The notes under the pieces: generated by a model
The model's database searches: none
The model's input: the letters and a program-made list of their open reading frames with translations, nothing else
Told to the model about the DNA's origin: nothing
Program-made: the position numbers and the translations under genes
Source: Eledone cirrhosa
Taxonomy: Eukaryota
DNA length: 64,000 nt
Direction of reading: 5' to 3'
Assembly (NCBI GenBank): GCA_964016885.1
Contig: OZ024740.1
Location: forward strand, 369,582,001 to 369,646,000
Shown: positions 14,612 to 29,169 of the stretch, one piece after another
Layout: every line of letters begins with the position of its first letter
Position numbering within the stretch: the first letter of the stretch is position 1

Positions 14612-14788
14612 AGGGTTAGAGGGTCGGACGCTATGCTTTGAAGCAAAGAGTTACCTCCCTTTATGATCTGAGTTCAAATCCCGCCGAGGTTAACTTTGCC
14701 TTTCATCCTTACGGGGTCGATAAAATAAAGTACCAATAATGCACTGGGAAAATTGCTGGCCTAGTGCCAAAAGTAGAAACAATTATTA
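14612..14788 (+). mobile_element. tRNA-derived SINE
   Basis: B box gagttcaaatc, core gcctttcatccttacggggtcgataaaataaagtacc, tail gtagaaacaattatt. Confidence 0.9.
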
Positions 14789-15445
14789 GGGTTTCGTAAC
14801 GTAAGATAGGGCTGATAACTGATGGTGTACCAGCACTTGAGAATCATTTTAAGTAAAGCGTTGCCCACCGAAATCATATTAGCCTATAATAGGTAGTTGA
14901 GGAAGAGATATTTGGTCTATGATATTTATTTGTAGCTACATTTCTAAAATTTTATCTGTAGTGAACGCATACATTTTCTTTACGATGAAAGAAAAAATGT
15001 TTCATCGAATTAAATGTGTCAAATATGTTAAAAATGAGTAATATTCTTTCTTCAACATATATTAATTTGGAAAAAAGAGTTAGAATTATTTCATCGTATA
15101 TTCCGTATTGACAAAAGTCTAATATTACAATTTAAGAACCACCACGACGGCAAAATTGGGCTTTAGGACGAGTTTCATGCACATTTCATTCTGTTATGGC
15201 GGCTCATATACACTAATATTAAACTATTTCCTGCACACAATATACGGTGAAAGCTTCTAATTCTTTATTCAACATTTTCAATCAACTCTGTATTCTAATT
15301 GATATATTAAACCCCGCACTTATAAATTATATTTATTGCTGTAATTCTAGTTGGAGGTGCGGTCTTTTATAACCATAATTTAGTGTTGGTTTTACTTACC
15401 CATTAAATAAGATATTTCTCTGTTTGTATCTCTTTACGTAATGAA

Positions 15446-15636
15446 TAATTGTTTTTACATTTGGCACAAGGCTAGGAAATTACCCCCAGTGTATTACTGG
15501 TCATTTATTTTATCGACTCCGTAAGGATGAAAGGCAAAGTTAACCTCGGTGAGATTTGAACTCAGACTGCAAAGAGGCATAACTCTATGCTACAAAGTAT
15601 GGTGTCCGACCCTCTACTGATTCTTCCAATCCACTT
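15446..15636 (-). mobile_element. tRNA-derived SINE with target-site duplication
   Basis: Full SINE flanked by ctttacgtaatgaataat on both sides. Confidence 0.9.
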
Positions 15637-16089
15637 TACTTTACGTAATGAATAATATGCTAATTTCCTGTTTGATATTTATTAATAACGTTGACATATC
15701 ATCAGAAATTGTATATATATATATATATATATATCAATGTACTGGAAGACGTTATAAAGTTATGTAAAAAAAAGCGATTTAATATAGTTCATGAGAAAGA
15801 GTGTATATGTAAACTATAGGTACGAAAAAAGGCCAAACACTAAATAGCTGTTTTATACTAAACACTAATGATGCTGTAGAAATTTAACCTTGTGAGAGGG
15901 ATTGAAAGTTAATTCAAGGCTTAAATACAACTGCTATGGATCAACAACATATTTAATATTGATACTTAATTCTACAATAAGTCACAATTTATCTTTGATT
16001 CGACACTGCGATTGAATGTAGATTCAATGTTTCATCAACATTAAAATCCTAGCTATCGACAATATTTATTGTTGCGTTATAATCTTCGT

Positions 16090-16240
16090 AAAGGTGGCGA
16101 ACTAGCAGAGACATTAAAACGTCGGTGAGAGTGCTTTGATGTATTTGTTATTGCTCTCTAAGTTCAAATACCACCGAGGTCAACTTTCCCTTTCATTCAT
16201 TCCAGGTTCATGGAAATATTACCAGTCAAGCCCTGGGGTC
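16090..16240 (+). mobile_element. Diverged tRNA-derived SINE
   Basis: aaggtggcgaactagcag...agttcaaataccaccgaggtcaactttccctttcatt. Confidence 0.75.
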
Positions 16241-17714
16241 ATTTCTTTCTTTGTGTTTCTTTCTCATTTCCATTTTATCACTCTCTATCTCCTCTAGCAG
16301 AAATCTGCAGTATTCAGAACAGGCGATGGATGGGGTCCACTAGGTTTGAAAATGCCCTAGTAAATCCACATGTCAATACGGGGTCCCTACGTATCCCCCA
16401 GGTGTTACGGGACCATACCATTCCCATAAGATAGTGAAGGCATGTGGTATAATAGAGAAATAGATTGGAAATTGTTAATTTGCAGGATTTCTCCTAGACT
16501 TAGATAGAATCCTGCAACTAAAATACTAAGCCTGAAACCAATGTTTTGCTTCAGGAAACAGATACTTGGAAGTAAGTACTAAGTTTTTGTAACAATTCTT
16601 AACTATGTAATTATCTGTAGGTACCTACAATTAATTGCAGAGCCACATCAACAGATCTTTTCTTTAGTGATATCAATTATTTCCGTTAAGAGTTAGGATG
16701 GTTTCTTCACAGAAGAGAAATACAGCCAACAGTATAGTCAAGGCCAAACTTCAGATTCAATGTCTGTGGCGTAAAGATAGACAGAAAGGGTTATCGAGAA
16801 GTTACTTCTTTAACTGGAATTGCGCGATGAAAATAAAAAGGATGCTAGGAAAGAAAACGTGTTTAGGTAGAAACAGAATAGAAATAAATTAACAGTTGCT
16901 AACATAGTAACTCTGGTTCGATGACGACTAAATATTTTTCAACCTGATTTGGCTTGCAAAATCAGATTTTGCTTGCAAACGTAGACTTATTTATGTTTAC
17001 AAGAATCTCTCTATATATGCATATAGGAAAGGCAGACGTTACCAAGCTGCAATATAAACTAGCACATCTGACTAGATGTTGAAGACAAGTTGGGCCCCAT
17101 TAATTTGAGTGTACCTTAAGCTGATCGGTATCGAAACAATTGTAATATATCAATAAAGTGTGTACATATGCTGCAACACTGATTTCGATTTTACTTACTC
17201 TATTTACACTCTTCATACTACATCCAGCTTAACGTTCGAATACACCCCAGAAAGAGACGGACTTCGTAACTGCATTGAATGTCTCGAACGGCGCGCCGCC
17301 AGTGGCTGTAGTTACACACCTAACACAGAGACCCATACACATAGACACAGATGCACACACACACGCGCACACCTCATATATATGGTGGCCTCCAGCTCGT
17401 TTTCGAGTACGGCCACTATATTATATCCATGTAGGAGAACCCCTACCGATGCGCTGAACGAGTGTTACTTTTTAGTCCAGCCAGCGACTTGAAAACTCTG
17501 GTACAAACACTGCACTTGTGACAATTATTGACACATAGTGCTGGGCCCATGGTACCATGTGACGACAAGTGCAGAGAGATCTCCAGATATAAAGCAATGC
17601 CTTTGCCGTGAAGCATTTATAGTGATCAAAAGCACTGGACAAAACCAGTCCCACTCTCTTTACCAAGATGATATTTACCAAAAAGAAGAACAAGTCAACA
17701 TCATTGGATAGCAT

Positions 17715-17990
17715 CAGGGTTGCAGGTGTTGTTGTATCAGAGTTTTCCTTCTCCTAGAATTCTGCCTTGACAAAGGCTAAGGGGTCATCTCTCCCGATGA
17801 TTTTGGATGGCCATTGACTCTTAAGAGCTCCTTTGCCCTTTGACAGGTTTTGTTTTTAGTCCTGCAGGATGTCCAAAGTCACCCTCCTCACCAGGAAACC
17901 TCGGTCGGGTTGCAAGTTTAGTCGCCAACGACCCGACCATGAGACAGGTTGTACTGGGATGCATGTTACCAGTAGCACCAACTGGTGACC
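17715..17990 (-). mobile_element. RTE-like LINE 5' UTR fragment
   Basis: Minus strand ...ggtgaggagggtgac...ctaggagaaggaaaactctga resembles RTE 5' regions (recalled, not searched); related copy at 61.5-61.7 kb; abuts (CATA)n. Confidence 0.55.
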
Positions 17991-18030
17991 ATACATACAT
18001 ATATATATACATACATACATATATATATAC

Positions 18031-18073
<43 letters not shown>

Positions 18074-18218
18074 CATACATATATATATATATATACATAC
18101 ATACATACATATATATATATACCTACATATATAATTATGGTACGAAGGTTATCGAACAGAATGGACACGGTGTAGATATATATATAATTATGAGACGAAG
18201 CTTATCAAATGGGCATAG

Positions 18219-18267
<49 letters not shown>

Positions 18268-18300
18268 TGTGTGGGTGTGTGTGCGTATATATATATATGC
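17990..18300. repeat. (CATA)n/(TA)n microsatellites
   Basis: Direct reading. Confidence 0.9.
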
Positions 18301-20759
18301 ACGCGTTTGTGCATACACGCATTAAAAACATTACCTCAGTATTTATCAAAGAAATTACATTTTATGAAAAATGTGAATGCAATATTCATTGAAACTTCAT
18401 CTAATTTTCAATTCTTGCTGTTTATTAGAATATCTAACAAGCTATCAAATATAATATATTTCTTTTATTTTCTATCTCATCGAACATTTCAATCATTCTA
18501 GCCTACATTTATTTACTTCGAAATACTAACATAATTAGTTTCCCAAAATAAATATTCTCAATTGTTTGCCTTCTTATTAAATGAGGCATTGAACGGAAAT
18601 TTCTAAATCACAAAATTATAATGCAGTATTAAATGAAAATAAAATAATAGTGGGAAACAAATTTACGTAACTCCTGCAATGATCCAGATATATTAGTAAT
18701 TTTTACGGTATTTGAATATGATAGAAATGAAAGAAAATTAAACCATATTTTCAAGCCTAATTGAACATTTAATTAAAATGCAACATATTTTGCTCACCTG
18801 TGCAAATATGATTCCTAGATATACATTCATAGCAAATATTTATTGCTACATTAAATATAAATTTAATTCGAAAGCGAAAAATAACGGTAAATTGCTACGT
18901 TGAGAAACATTTCGAATTGCATTTCATATTTTACACTGTTTTAATTTTAAATATTCTATTTTTTAATCATATATATATTTTAGAGGCAAAGCAATATATA
19001 TATCACGTTAGAAATAAATACGTTTGTCCCAACAAATTCTAGAGAGAAATATGCCCATCTGGGAATATTAAGGAAATTATTTTTTTAAATTATCGGCATA
19101 TAGCAGAAGCACGACATCTTCACCCCATGCGAAATTTTAAAAGAAAGAATTAGATATTCAAGAGTGGAATTCTGCTTCACCATGTCTATGGGATAACATT
19201 AGACATGTAGGTGTATCTAGAGGAACATCCTTTGTTTGAATCGCATATCAAATCTTAATTTTACAAGTGTTTTTAAAAGTGTATAATTTATGAGATGTCA
19301 TAGAATTTTCAATAGAGAGCAATAAAATAGTGCACCACTATAACGGCAATGCAATGACTGTAACCGTTAAAAAATGTGTATGTATATCGGTTGTTCTGGT
19401 ACTAGATGTGGCTAAGCTAGGTCAATTCACATGGTTTATTTTATAAAGGTTACATTCGTGAGTATTCAAATTTATGTGCCGCAGAGTCTAAGATATATCA
19501 GGAAGGGGAACTTGGGATTTAAGATGTTTGTTCTGGTAAAACATTGCTGTACCTTTTCTGTTTTGTATGTTAAAAATAAGATTATATATTGTTATCTTGC
19601 TCATTTGTTAATAATATTGCTATAATTCGTAAATGTTCTAGAATGTGTGGAGGATATAAATGTAAATTTCGAAAAACTTTCCCTGCGCTGAGGTAGGAAT
19701 TTTTTTTGGGGGGTTGGGTGGAATTTGTATATAATGTGCTGTATGGTATCTCTATTTTGAAATTGTATAAGAGCTACCAGTATAGCTGATGATAGTATTT
19801 CAATATTGCTTTTATATCAATGACGGTTTAAATTGTCTAGTGATTCGGTTAAGAAGGTTTTGTTTCGAGTATTCATATTTTGTATGATACTGTGAAAGGT
19901 GTTGCAATACAATTCCTCCCATAGCAGAGAGTACAAATGCATTAAAATAGTTCGAAGAGAATGCACTCTGTATTTGATGATATAAAATAAAACAAAGCCC
20001 CGTGCTCCCCCCAAAAAAGCACAATATATTTTGAAGATTCGTCAACTTATTTCTTTAATCAGTAATGTTACTAACCATAAAACACATTGGATTTCGTCGT
20101 GTTTGATCTGACGTAATTGACTAAATGCTTGAAAGAATATCGTTGGTATAGGTATAATATATCAATCTCAACACATTCATATACACAAGAGTTAGTGATA
20201 CTTTGACAGGAGTATATTGCCAATAAAACCACCAGTACTAGTTGAGTTAGATTTCTGTTTTTACAGGTCGACAGGTAACAAATCTAAGCTCATGGTCTCA
20301 AAGGTATTTTCAGATGAGTATGAAAATCAATATTTTATGTGCGAACTTAAAAAGGCTCATTAAGAATTTATCCCGCATGCTTAATCGGATAGATCCAGAG
20401 AGAATCACGCATCATTTCGTCCACAATATGCATTCCCTAAGATACAAGAGAGTACATAGTACATAGTACGACTCGTATCGTTGAAAACTATGCGAATCTA
20501 TTAGGACCCACCTATAGAAAGAGACCATACAATATAAGAATATAATGAAGAATGTGAATGGGATCAAATCCTTTATAATAATACAAATCCCAAGTATGTG
20601 GTACACACACGAACTATTTCGTAGCAGAAATACATAGATATATACATGTCTTAATTTAATGCTATCTTGTCTTGGTAGACAAAACATTTTATCACACACC
20701 ATCCCCATTTAAGGCTGACATTAGCTGTCTTGGCTGGAGGAAGCTTACATGGATATTGA

Positions 20760-21370
20760 ATTATAAAGTGTCCACTTGAAGATGATCAGATCTTACTCAC
20801 AAGCATAATACCACACTCTATTACACTCTATTACAATGAGGCTATTCGGAATGGAACATGTTAACACACTGGCCACAATATTAAACGCTGAGTTTAGCAA
20901 AATTATGGGCTCTTTTCTCAGTAGCAGCAGAGCCCCAAGTGTAACAGTACTGAAAACTCCGCTGCTCTGCTGCCAGGTGGCATCAACGGCGGCAGGAATG
21001 TTTCTGAACAAATTAGGCGGGTTTGTGTAAAGTCGTGAAGCAGACCATCCACAGCAGGGGATTTGCCTCTTGTGAAGCTAGTCATCACGTCCCATATTTT
21101 ATCTGATGTTCTCGACATCTCGTAATATTCCGCCTCCCTCGAGGTAGACACTGAAAATCCATCTCTTGATGCGACCTGCCAGTTCCAGAATATTTGAGTG
21201 AAGTATCGCTGGAAAACCGCACACACCTTCTTGGGATCGAGTACAGTGCCTCCTGGTAGTTTACCAAAACGAAAATGTAGGTTTGTTTATATGTTACGCC
21301 TCTGGCACACAGGTAAATCGAACTGCTCTGACAACGCAGCTTTCCTTTTCTGCGCTCGTGTGTCAAACAG
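20760..21370 (-). mobile_element. Tx1/L1-clade LINE RT-region fragment
   Basis: RGKSPAVDGL, VTLGALLLLRKE, PIILLNSAFNIVASVL are homologous to 6.4-7.0 kb. Confidence 0.8.
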
Positions 21371-21396
21371 GCAAGTTATTATAATTATTATCATTA

Positions 21397-21620
21397 AAGG
21401 CGGTGGATTGGCAGTATCGGTAGAGCATCAGGCACCATGATTTAAACATAGAGTTATGACCCTTTACTTCTGAGTTCAAATACCACCGATGTTAACTTTG
21501 CCTTTCGTCCTTACGGGGCCGACAAAATAAAGTACCAGTCACGCACTGAAGGTCGATTTAATCGACTTTGTCGTCCCCAAAAATTGCTGACCTTGTGCCT
21601 ATATACTAAACCATTATTAT
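21397..21620 (+). mobile_element. tRNA-derived SINE (longer variant)
   Basis: A box tggcagtatcgg, B box gagttcaaat, core, tail ...aaaccattatt. Confidence 0.9.
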
Positions 21621-21668
21621 TTAATTTTTTAGATAATACATATTTTTGCAGCATTATAAGTGTCATCC

Positions 21669-21835
21669 AAGGGCGGTGAATTGGCAGTATCGGTAGAGGG
21701 TCGGACGCCTTTTCGGTCTGAGTTCAAATCTCGTCGAAGTTAACTTTTCCTTTCACCCTTACGGGGTCGATAAAATAAAGTACCAGTGATCTACTGGTTA
21801 ATTGCTGGCCTTGTTCCAAATATAGAAACAATTAT
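21669..21835 (+). mobile_element. tRNA-derived SINE with internal deletion
   Basis: Flanked by tgtcatccaa direct repeats. Confidence 0.9.
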
Positions 21836-22163
21836 AATTGTCATCCAAACTTATACTAATTTTCAGCCCTACATAATATTATCTTCGATATTTAAAGCTC
21901 CTATGCATTTGCAGTTATAAAAACATGTTGAAATATGTATATATATCTATTGTTCAAGTTTACAATGGTTCCGAATGTGTATGATGTTGTTTGGTGATCA
22001 TGTTAAGAACCGCTAGTGGAGACATGAAGTGAATTCGGATTGTGCAGATGGAAAGAATAACAGATTACAAAGATTACATTTAGAAATGTGACAATCATTC
22101 ACTCTTCAATGTTAATTTAGAAGAATTTAACTCTTTCATTTATATGGTGGTTGACCAGTACGA

Positions 22164-22200
<37 letters not shown>

Positions 22201-22646
22201 TGCAATATACCATGATTGACATCATGATATATCGTTAAGGCTTGTGGTTTCAAGTATCTGACTTAAGCACTTCATATGAAATCGCATTTCTAATCAATAA
22301 TCCTAATCAATGTGTTTCTAGAAATGGTCGTTTGACAATTAAAGTATGTAACATTCAGATGCAGAAGCATTACAGGAAACCTGATGAAATGTTGAATACT
22401 TTTCTGATAAATGATTGTCATTTAGTCTCAAATAAGCATTGATGGAAACGGCGTATATACAAATACCTCTTTTATTTTACATATTTATTTACACAGTATG
22501 ATGGAATATTCCCTACGAACCAAATAACTTGGGATATAGTTGAGTGGGGGTGGGCCTGTAGCTGCATCTTGGACAGAGTACAAGTTGGATTGCATTTGGA
22601 TACGTATTTGGCATAGGTTGATTTGTTATGTATATTAGATAGATAA

Positions 22647-22828
22647 TAATTGTTTCTACATTTGGCACAAGGCCAGCAGTTAGTTCAGTGCATTACTGGT
22701 GCTTCATTTTATCGACCCCATAAGGATGAAAGACAAAGTTAACCTCCGCGGGATTTGAACTCAGGTCATAAATGGGCGTAACTCTGTGCTGCAAACCATA
22801 GCGCCCGACGCTCTATCGATACTGCCAA
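22647..22828 (-). mobile_element. tRNA-derived SINE
   Basis: Match to the window consensus. Confidence 0.9.
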
Positions 22829-23339
22829 GATAATAATATCAGATATATATGTATATTAGATAGATAATAATATTAGCTAGATAATAATATGAATCATTTA
22901 TATTTAATGAGGTTATATTTCTATATTCATGGGAATTATAGTTGAGGGGCATCTTTAATCGTATGTCATAGAGTTTCTGCTTCTAAAATGTAAACGGTAT
23001 TTTCAAAAACAATTTCTTTTCGTCCGCAAATAGAAATATAAGCTCTGAAGTAATTATTTTAGAACTGACCATAGCATCGATTCTAATATAATCATAAAAA
23101 ATTTAAGAGATCAACGAAAATGAAGTTTTCATAAAATATAAGTAATTTGAATTGAAAATCTAGCAGCTATAAGATAATGTATATTTACATATACATTTAA
23201 ACTAGACGGGGAATTTTATATTTGTATATATTATTAGAAATGAGAATATAATTCATATCTATTTCAACGCAGAGGACTAACGGAAACAGTGCTAAAATAA
23301 CACATACTTTCCGTTATGCATGCATGTATTTATGTATGT

Positions 23340-24428
23340 ATGTTATTTCTTTCTCTTAATTTCGAATATATATTTTTGACCGGCCAGCTTCCTGGTGGCA
23401 AGGTTGTAAAAGAAAAGAAATTGTCATCCCTTGAATCGCAAGAATGTTTTGCAAATTTTGAAGGTGCCAGCTATCGCAGCCATTTGTAGACTATGAGCTG
23501 CACTCTTTGTCCGCAAATCCAAGTTCAGTAATATTTTGGTCCAAGCGGGTTGGTATATAACCCGTAACTCCAATAATGATGGGTATGAAGCTAAAGGTGT
23601 ATCTTGGATACTGGATTTGTAAACTCCTCATCAATGGTCCGTAGATGTCCTCCTTCTGTATTTTTCTGACAACGTTTACACAAGTGGGCAGCTGATCTCC
23701 ACAACAGAACACGTTTTCAATGTGTGGTCTCAAACAACAACATCAGGCCGGTTGTGCTTTAATTTGGTGGGAGTTTTTATTTTCAGGTTCCACCAGTATT
23801 CCTTAGTGCCTTCTGTCTCAATATATTCTTCCTCGTTTCTTGTTAATTTTGTTTTACGAAGTGTGTCCCAGATGGTTCTAGCTATCCCATCGTGTCTCAT
23901 GGGGAGGTAGTAGCGAGATGACATTCTTTCGCAGCTGGCAACAATGTGCTTACATCCTCGATCTTTGTTTTACATAGCCTACATTTATTGTCAGCTGATG
24001 GACCTCCCCTTTTGTGCAGCAGATATTTGGTAGGGAGTTCTTGTTCCTGTATTGCATAGAGATATCCCTCAAGGTGTGATGTCATAAACCTGTCGGAACT
24101 CCATGCCAGGCTTTTTGAGTGGTTTATCCCCTATATGGTCTGTGTTTTACATCTCAAGTATCCATGCACAACATTTTCTGTAAATTGGTCAATTTTTTCA
24201 TCTTGTTTGAACATTGAATAGGATCTTCCGATTTCTCTGGGTGAGAGATTTATATCAGGCTTTATTCCATATCTCTCCTCCAGATCAGTGGCTATTCTAA
24301 TGATATTTTTTTTTCATGCTCATAGACCTGGGCAAGATGGTTGCCAACCCTTTTCGAAAATGTTGCTTCGGTGTTACTATCCGGGTCTCACATGATGTTA
24401 ATATGGATGTTAAACACCGGCCACCCAT
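23340..24428 (-). mobile_element. 5'-truncated R4/Dong-like RLE LINE flanked by (CATA)n
   Basis: EGYLYAIQEQEL, CRLC..H...C, RHD, WWNLKIKTPTKLKHNRPDVVV, FIPIIIGVTG. Confidence 0.87.
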
Positions 24429-24538
24429 ATGTATGTATGTATGTATGTATGTATGTGTGTATGTATGTATGTATGTATCTATGTATGTATGTATGTATGT
24501 ATGTATGTATGTATGTATGTATGTATGTATGTATGTAT
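24429..24538. repeat. (TATG)n microsatellite
   Basis: Direct reading. Confidence 0.95.
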
Positions 24539-24639
24539 AACTGTATGTGCAATGAGTGTGGCAGGATGTGTCGCAGTCATAGCAATCATCATAGAAACTA
24601 AGCAAAAAATTATTGTCGATTAAGGACTCTTTGCATTTC

Positions 24640-26738
24640 TTCCTGGCGGAAAACTATTAAAAGGTGTGCCTCGGCACTGATCAAGCGATTGAGAGTTTTG
24701 CCCTACCCGCTCATATCAGCTTCTGCCACAAAATTTCAGCGTGCGTCTAAGATGCCGTCCCAGTCCCCCACTCTGAGTAAAGTGCGATACATTCTCAGAA
24801 AGGCTTTCTGGCGCCTAAAGAAATACAGTTCTCGGTACCGGTCGGTGCGTAGACAGCCAATAGTCTAACGGCACCACCTTTACTATTGCTCACGTCCAGG
24901 ATCACCAACTTAACGTCCCGGTTCAGGACGTATCGTATTCATCTTACCTCGAAAGGCAGGCCTTTTCTAAACAAAACTGCCTCACCACCTCGCATTGCCG
25001 GCCGACAAAGAGAGGATCTGATAGGCGTCGAAAAGTGGGGCTAGTGCGCTCGTTTTGAGAATTTTGGACTCGCTGAAAGCCGTAACATCCATATATAATG
25101 ACCTGAGATCATTCAGCAAGCGACGGTGCTTCCAGGACGACCCCAGACCACGAATATTTAAACATTCTACTCAAAATATGGCCATGTCGGCTGGTTGATC
25201 GAGTGAGAACATGTCTACATACGTCTTGTGGCATTTGGTTAGTTCCACCTCCAAGTTTGGTGAGTTTTTTGTGTGAATCCATTTAGCAATCTACTTGTTG
25301 ACCTAATATTAGGGATACCCACCTCCCTGTACGCACCTAGCGATATACGTACCATCATAAGATCTTCCCCTATGCAACATGTGCTGGTGTCAAACATCTC
25401 CTGCCCCTATTCGTTTTTCTTTTGCTTCGTGCTATGAGGGCCATCAATTTGATTTGCCCGTCTTATTAGCTCGAATTTTGGTGATTTATTGTTGCGTTTG
25501 CGCTGTGTGCGTGTAGTTGATTGTGCTGGTGCTGATGTAGTTGGTCTTGTTGTGGATCTGCTTATGTTTGTTGTGAGAGTGGTGTATCTGACTTCAGTTG
25601 CTTTTGATTGTGCGACGTTTGTAGTTTTTCTTTTTTGTGTGTTTCTGTTTTTTTTTGGCCTTCTTTGTTTGTCCTTCGAGTTTCTGATTCATTGTTTAAG
25701 TGTAGATTTGTTGGGGAGAATGAGTGGGACGGCTTTGCTCTTTTCTACCCTTTGTGTTGGCTCTGACAGGCTTGGTGATAGATTGTAGTTTTGCTGCTGC
25801 TCTTCAATAACAGGCCAGAAGTCTCGCAGATGTGTAGTTTTGACGCAAACGAAGCAGTACTGCTCTTGCCATCAGTGAACATCTGCATCGCAGTCCAGTC
25901 CTAGGGGCGCACGTGATAGGGATGTTTCTTGGCTGTTCCAGTTTGATTTGGAGAAAGATCTCCATATCCACCTCAGAACAGTGCTCTCATGGTGTTTTAG
26001 AAATGTCAATGAGAGTACCATCAGTATACTCATCGATTACACACCCCAGAAGCGACCACACTCCATCCCTGAAGGGCTCCTGGGAATGCGGATTCTCACT
26101 GTGCTCCTGCCCATGTGAGTACACCCTAACGTGGTACGTCCTACAGGGGATCATTGAGTGATTTGTAGCAAGAGCTTCGGATATAAACTGCCCCGAGCTG
26201 GTGCCGAATTGTTAACCATTTGCTCTATAGACTATGTCTTCTCGGATACATTTCAGTTCAGCCTGCACCACTCCCTCTCTTTGGCAGCGACGGTCTTGTT
26301 GGCTCAGACTTCTTCGCTTTTGCCACTTATCCGTTATATCCATTTGGAAACCTAGCCCTTTTTCGATTTACTGTTTGATTCGTTGTCGTTCATGCTGTAG
26401 TTGTTGTTGGTATAATGTTCGGCTTGTCGCCGTCTTTTTTCCTCTCATTGTTGTTGGTGTTGCTGATGGTATTGTTAATGTTGTTGCGGTTGTTTTCTTG
26501 ACTTGTTTAGTCGTTGCTGTCGGTGCTGCCTGCGTTCACGTTGTTAGTGGTGGTGTTGTTAATGTCATTGTTGTTGTTGTTGTTGTTGCTGATATTTTAC
26601 TTTAGTCTGTTTTGTTGTAGTTGTTCTTATTGCCTACATTTCTGCTAGGTTTCATCATTATGTTTATGGGGGTGGTGTCACTTAACTCAACGCTTAAGCC
26701 GTCGTCAGATGACAGCTGGGGGTGTGCCCAGTTCATTC
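24640..26738 (-). mobile_element. Tx1/L1-clade LINE, 5' portion (5' UTR, ORF1 with degenerate Zn knuckle, start of APE domain)
   Basis: 24735-25185 aligns by eye with 7630-8060 (cagcgtgcgtctaagatgccgt; ttccaggacgaccccag); minus-strand QYCFVC..H motif near 25.85 kb. Confidence 0.8.
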
Positions 26739-28354
26739 TTTTTTAAAATAATTATTTGAAACAAAATGAAGCTCCAATATTTAGCCATGGTCCAAATATT
26801 ATAGGTTCTCCTTTGCATAAGGCAAATATGGTTGTCTTATAACTTCTTTTGAACTAAACCATTACAGAAAAATATATAATACATAATTTAAATCCACAGA
26901 CAGTACGGATCTCCGATTTGCACGTCTTAATAGATTAAAGAACAAGCATAATGATAATATTAAAAATAATAATGAGGATAGTGTTTAGTATTATCCAATA
27001 AGTTTGAAAATACCATGTAATCTCACTGTATGCTTTAACTCTCATGTGAACTTACCGTTATCATTCATTGATAAATTGAAAAAGCCTGTTGAAAGAGAAG
27101 TATCTTTTGTTCAAGAGTGCAGCTGTGTTTTCGATGATGAAGATTGTTGGTTGATGACAATTGATATTACAAAGCGAGAACGGAAGATATGAATTCAGGG
27201 TAGAAATTTCTCATAGTAAAATGATTTCGTTTAGAAATCTGACTATCAAATATTCTATATTAATTGATAAGATCATAAATCTTTATCCTTATACATATAC
27301 ATGGTTTTAGTATACACCTCAATATAGCCAACATAACTAAAGTACATTGAGGAAAGTGGTTATATCATGTTGCACATAGTATAAACAGATTGTCTATAGA
27401 AGGAGTTTAAAAATAATTATGATGTGTAGCATTCGATCTCTAATTAATTATACGCAAGCTGAAAACAGGATTACTCGTCTGATATTATTTGCTGATCCAT
27501 GTAGATGCAAGCGTAGGAGCACAGACGTTTTACATATAGCCCCAACATGTTGCATTCAAACATTTTGTATAAGTGATTATTATTCGAAATGCTATATATT
27601 TGTGATGTGTGAGGGATTTTGATATAATTCTCCGGAGATTAACTACGGAGTGGCCAAATTTTAGCTGGCCTTCGGAAATATGTTGATATTTCAAATAAAA
27701 AATTAATAGCATTATAAGACATTGTATGTATGTAACTTTCAAACGTCTCTAATGATATTATACTTTTATACCACGTGAGTGCTTTACATTTCTAAATGAA
27801 GCTAACATTGTGGAAGTCTTTATAGCATTACAAAGTTTCAGACATCATACTTCGTATTGATTTCTGTAGGGATATATCTATGAATAAAACTATTTAATTA
27901 AAAATACACCCTGGCATGATATCATGGCACTAAAACACGAAGGAAAATGAAGAAATTGTACATAATGTTCTATATATTTATTTTAGTTGTTGGAAATATC
28001 TTTAGGTACAGACGTGCCTATCAACTATTCAAATGATCCCATACTTATCCCACATTGTATATTTAAAGAAGCGGTCAAGTTAGCAAAACAACGCCCCTAA
28101 TGTATATCACCATAAATATTGTTACAGGTTGCAGTATAGATTATGTGACAACATATGTTCATGTGTATGTAAAAAGCTATACGTTGACGGATGAATTTAT
28201 ATGACAAATGTAATCTGTAGAGATACGCATAAAAAATGTTTGACTTACCGGATATGGATTTTGTATTAAACTGTTGTTATTTTTGTTCGCTTAATCTGAT
28301 ATATTAAAATTTAGAAATGAACCCCAATAACGAATGTGGTATAATTATATGTAT

Positions 28355-28585
<231 letters not shown>

Positions 28586-28883
28586 AGTTATCTCGGGGAT
28601 CGAGTTTAAAGTTCAAGTGTCTTAGAATTCAAAGAAAAATGAGAAGATCTCAACGCAAGGCAGTCTGTCTAAGAGATAATAATGTAAATAGATATTTGTG
28701 TGATCTTCACTCGTCCATTTTCTTACTTTTCCCCTTTCTTCATGTCAATTCTGGAGACTAACTTACTCCTACGCAACCGATTCCTGTCCTTTGAGGTAAA
28801 TATTACCCGAACATGTCATTGAAGGCATTTTGCTGTCTTAACAGCTTGCTTGCCGTGATTTATTCTCATTTTTCTACGAATTT

Positions 28884-28955
<72 letters not shown>

Positions 28956-28965
28956 TGACACACAC

Positions 28966-29026
<61 letters not shown>

Positions 29027-29068
29027 TATGTATATATATATATATATTTACATACATATATATATATA

Positions 29069-29144
<76 letters not shown>

Positions 29145-29169
29145 TATACATATATATAAATATATATAT

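Noticed and set aside
17118-17150. ctgatcggtatcgaaacaattgta, HHR-like with a palindromic loop
   Set aside because: Core is not CUGANGA and there is no stem I; at best a relic
20250-20282. Possible 8-nt microexon (ttttacag|gtcgacag|gtaaca)
   Set aside because: Could occur by chance; no supporting gene context
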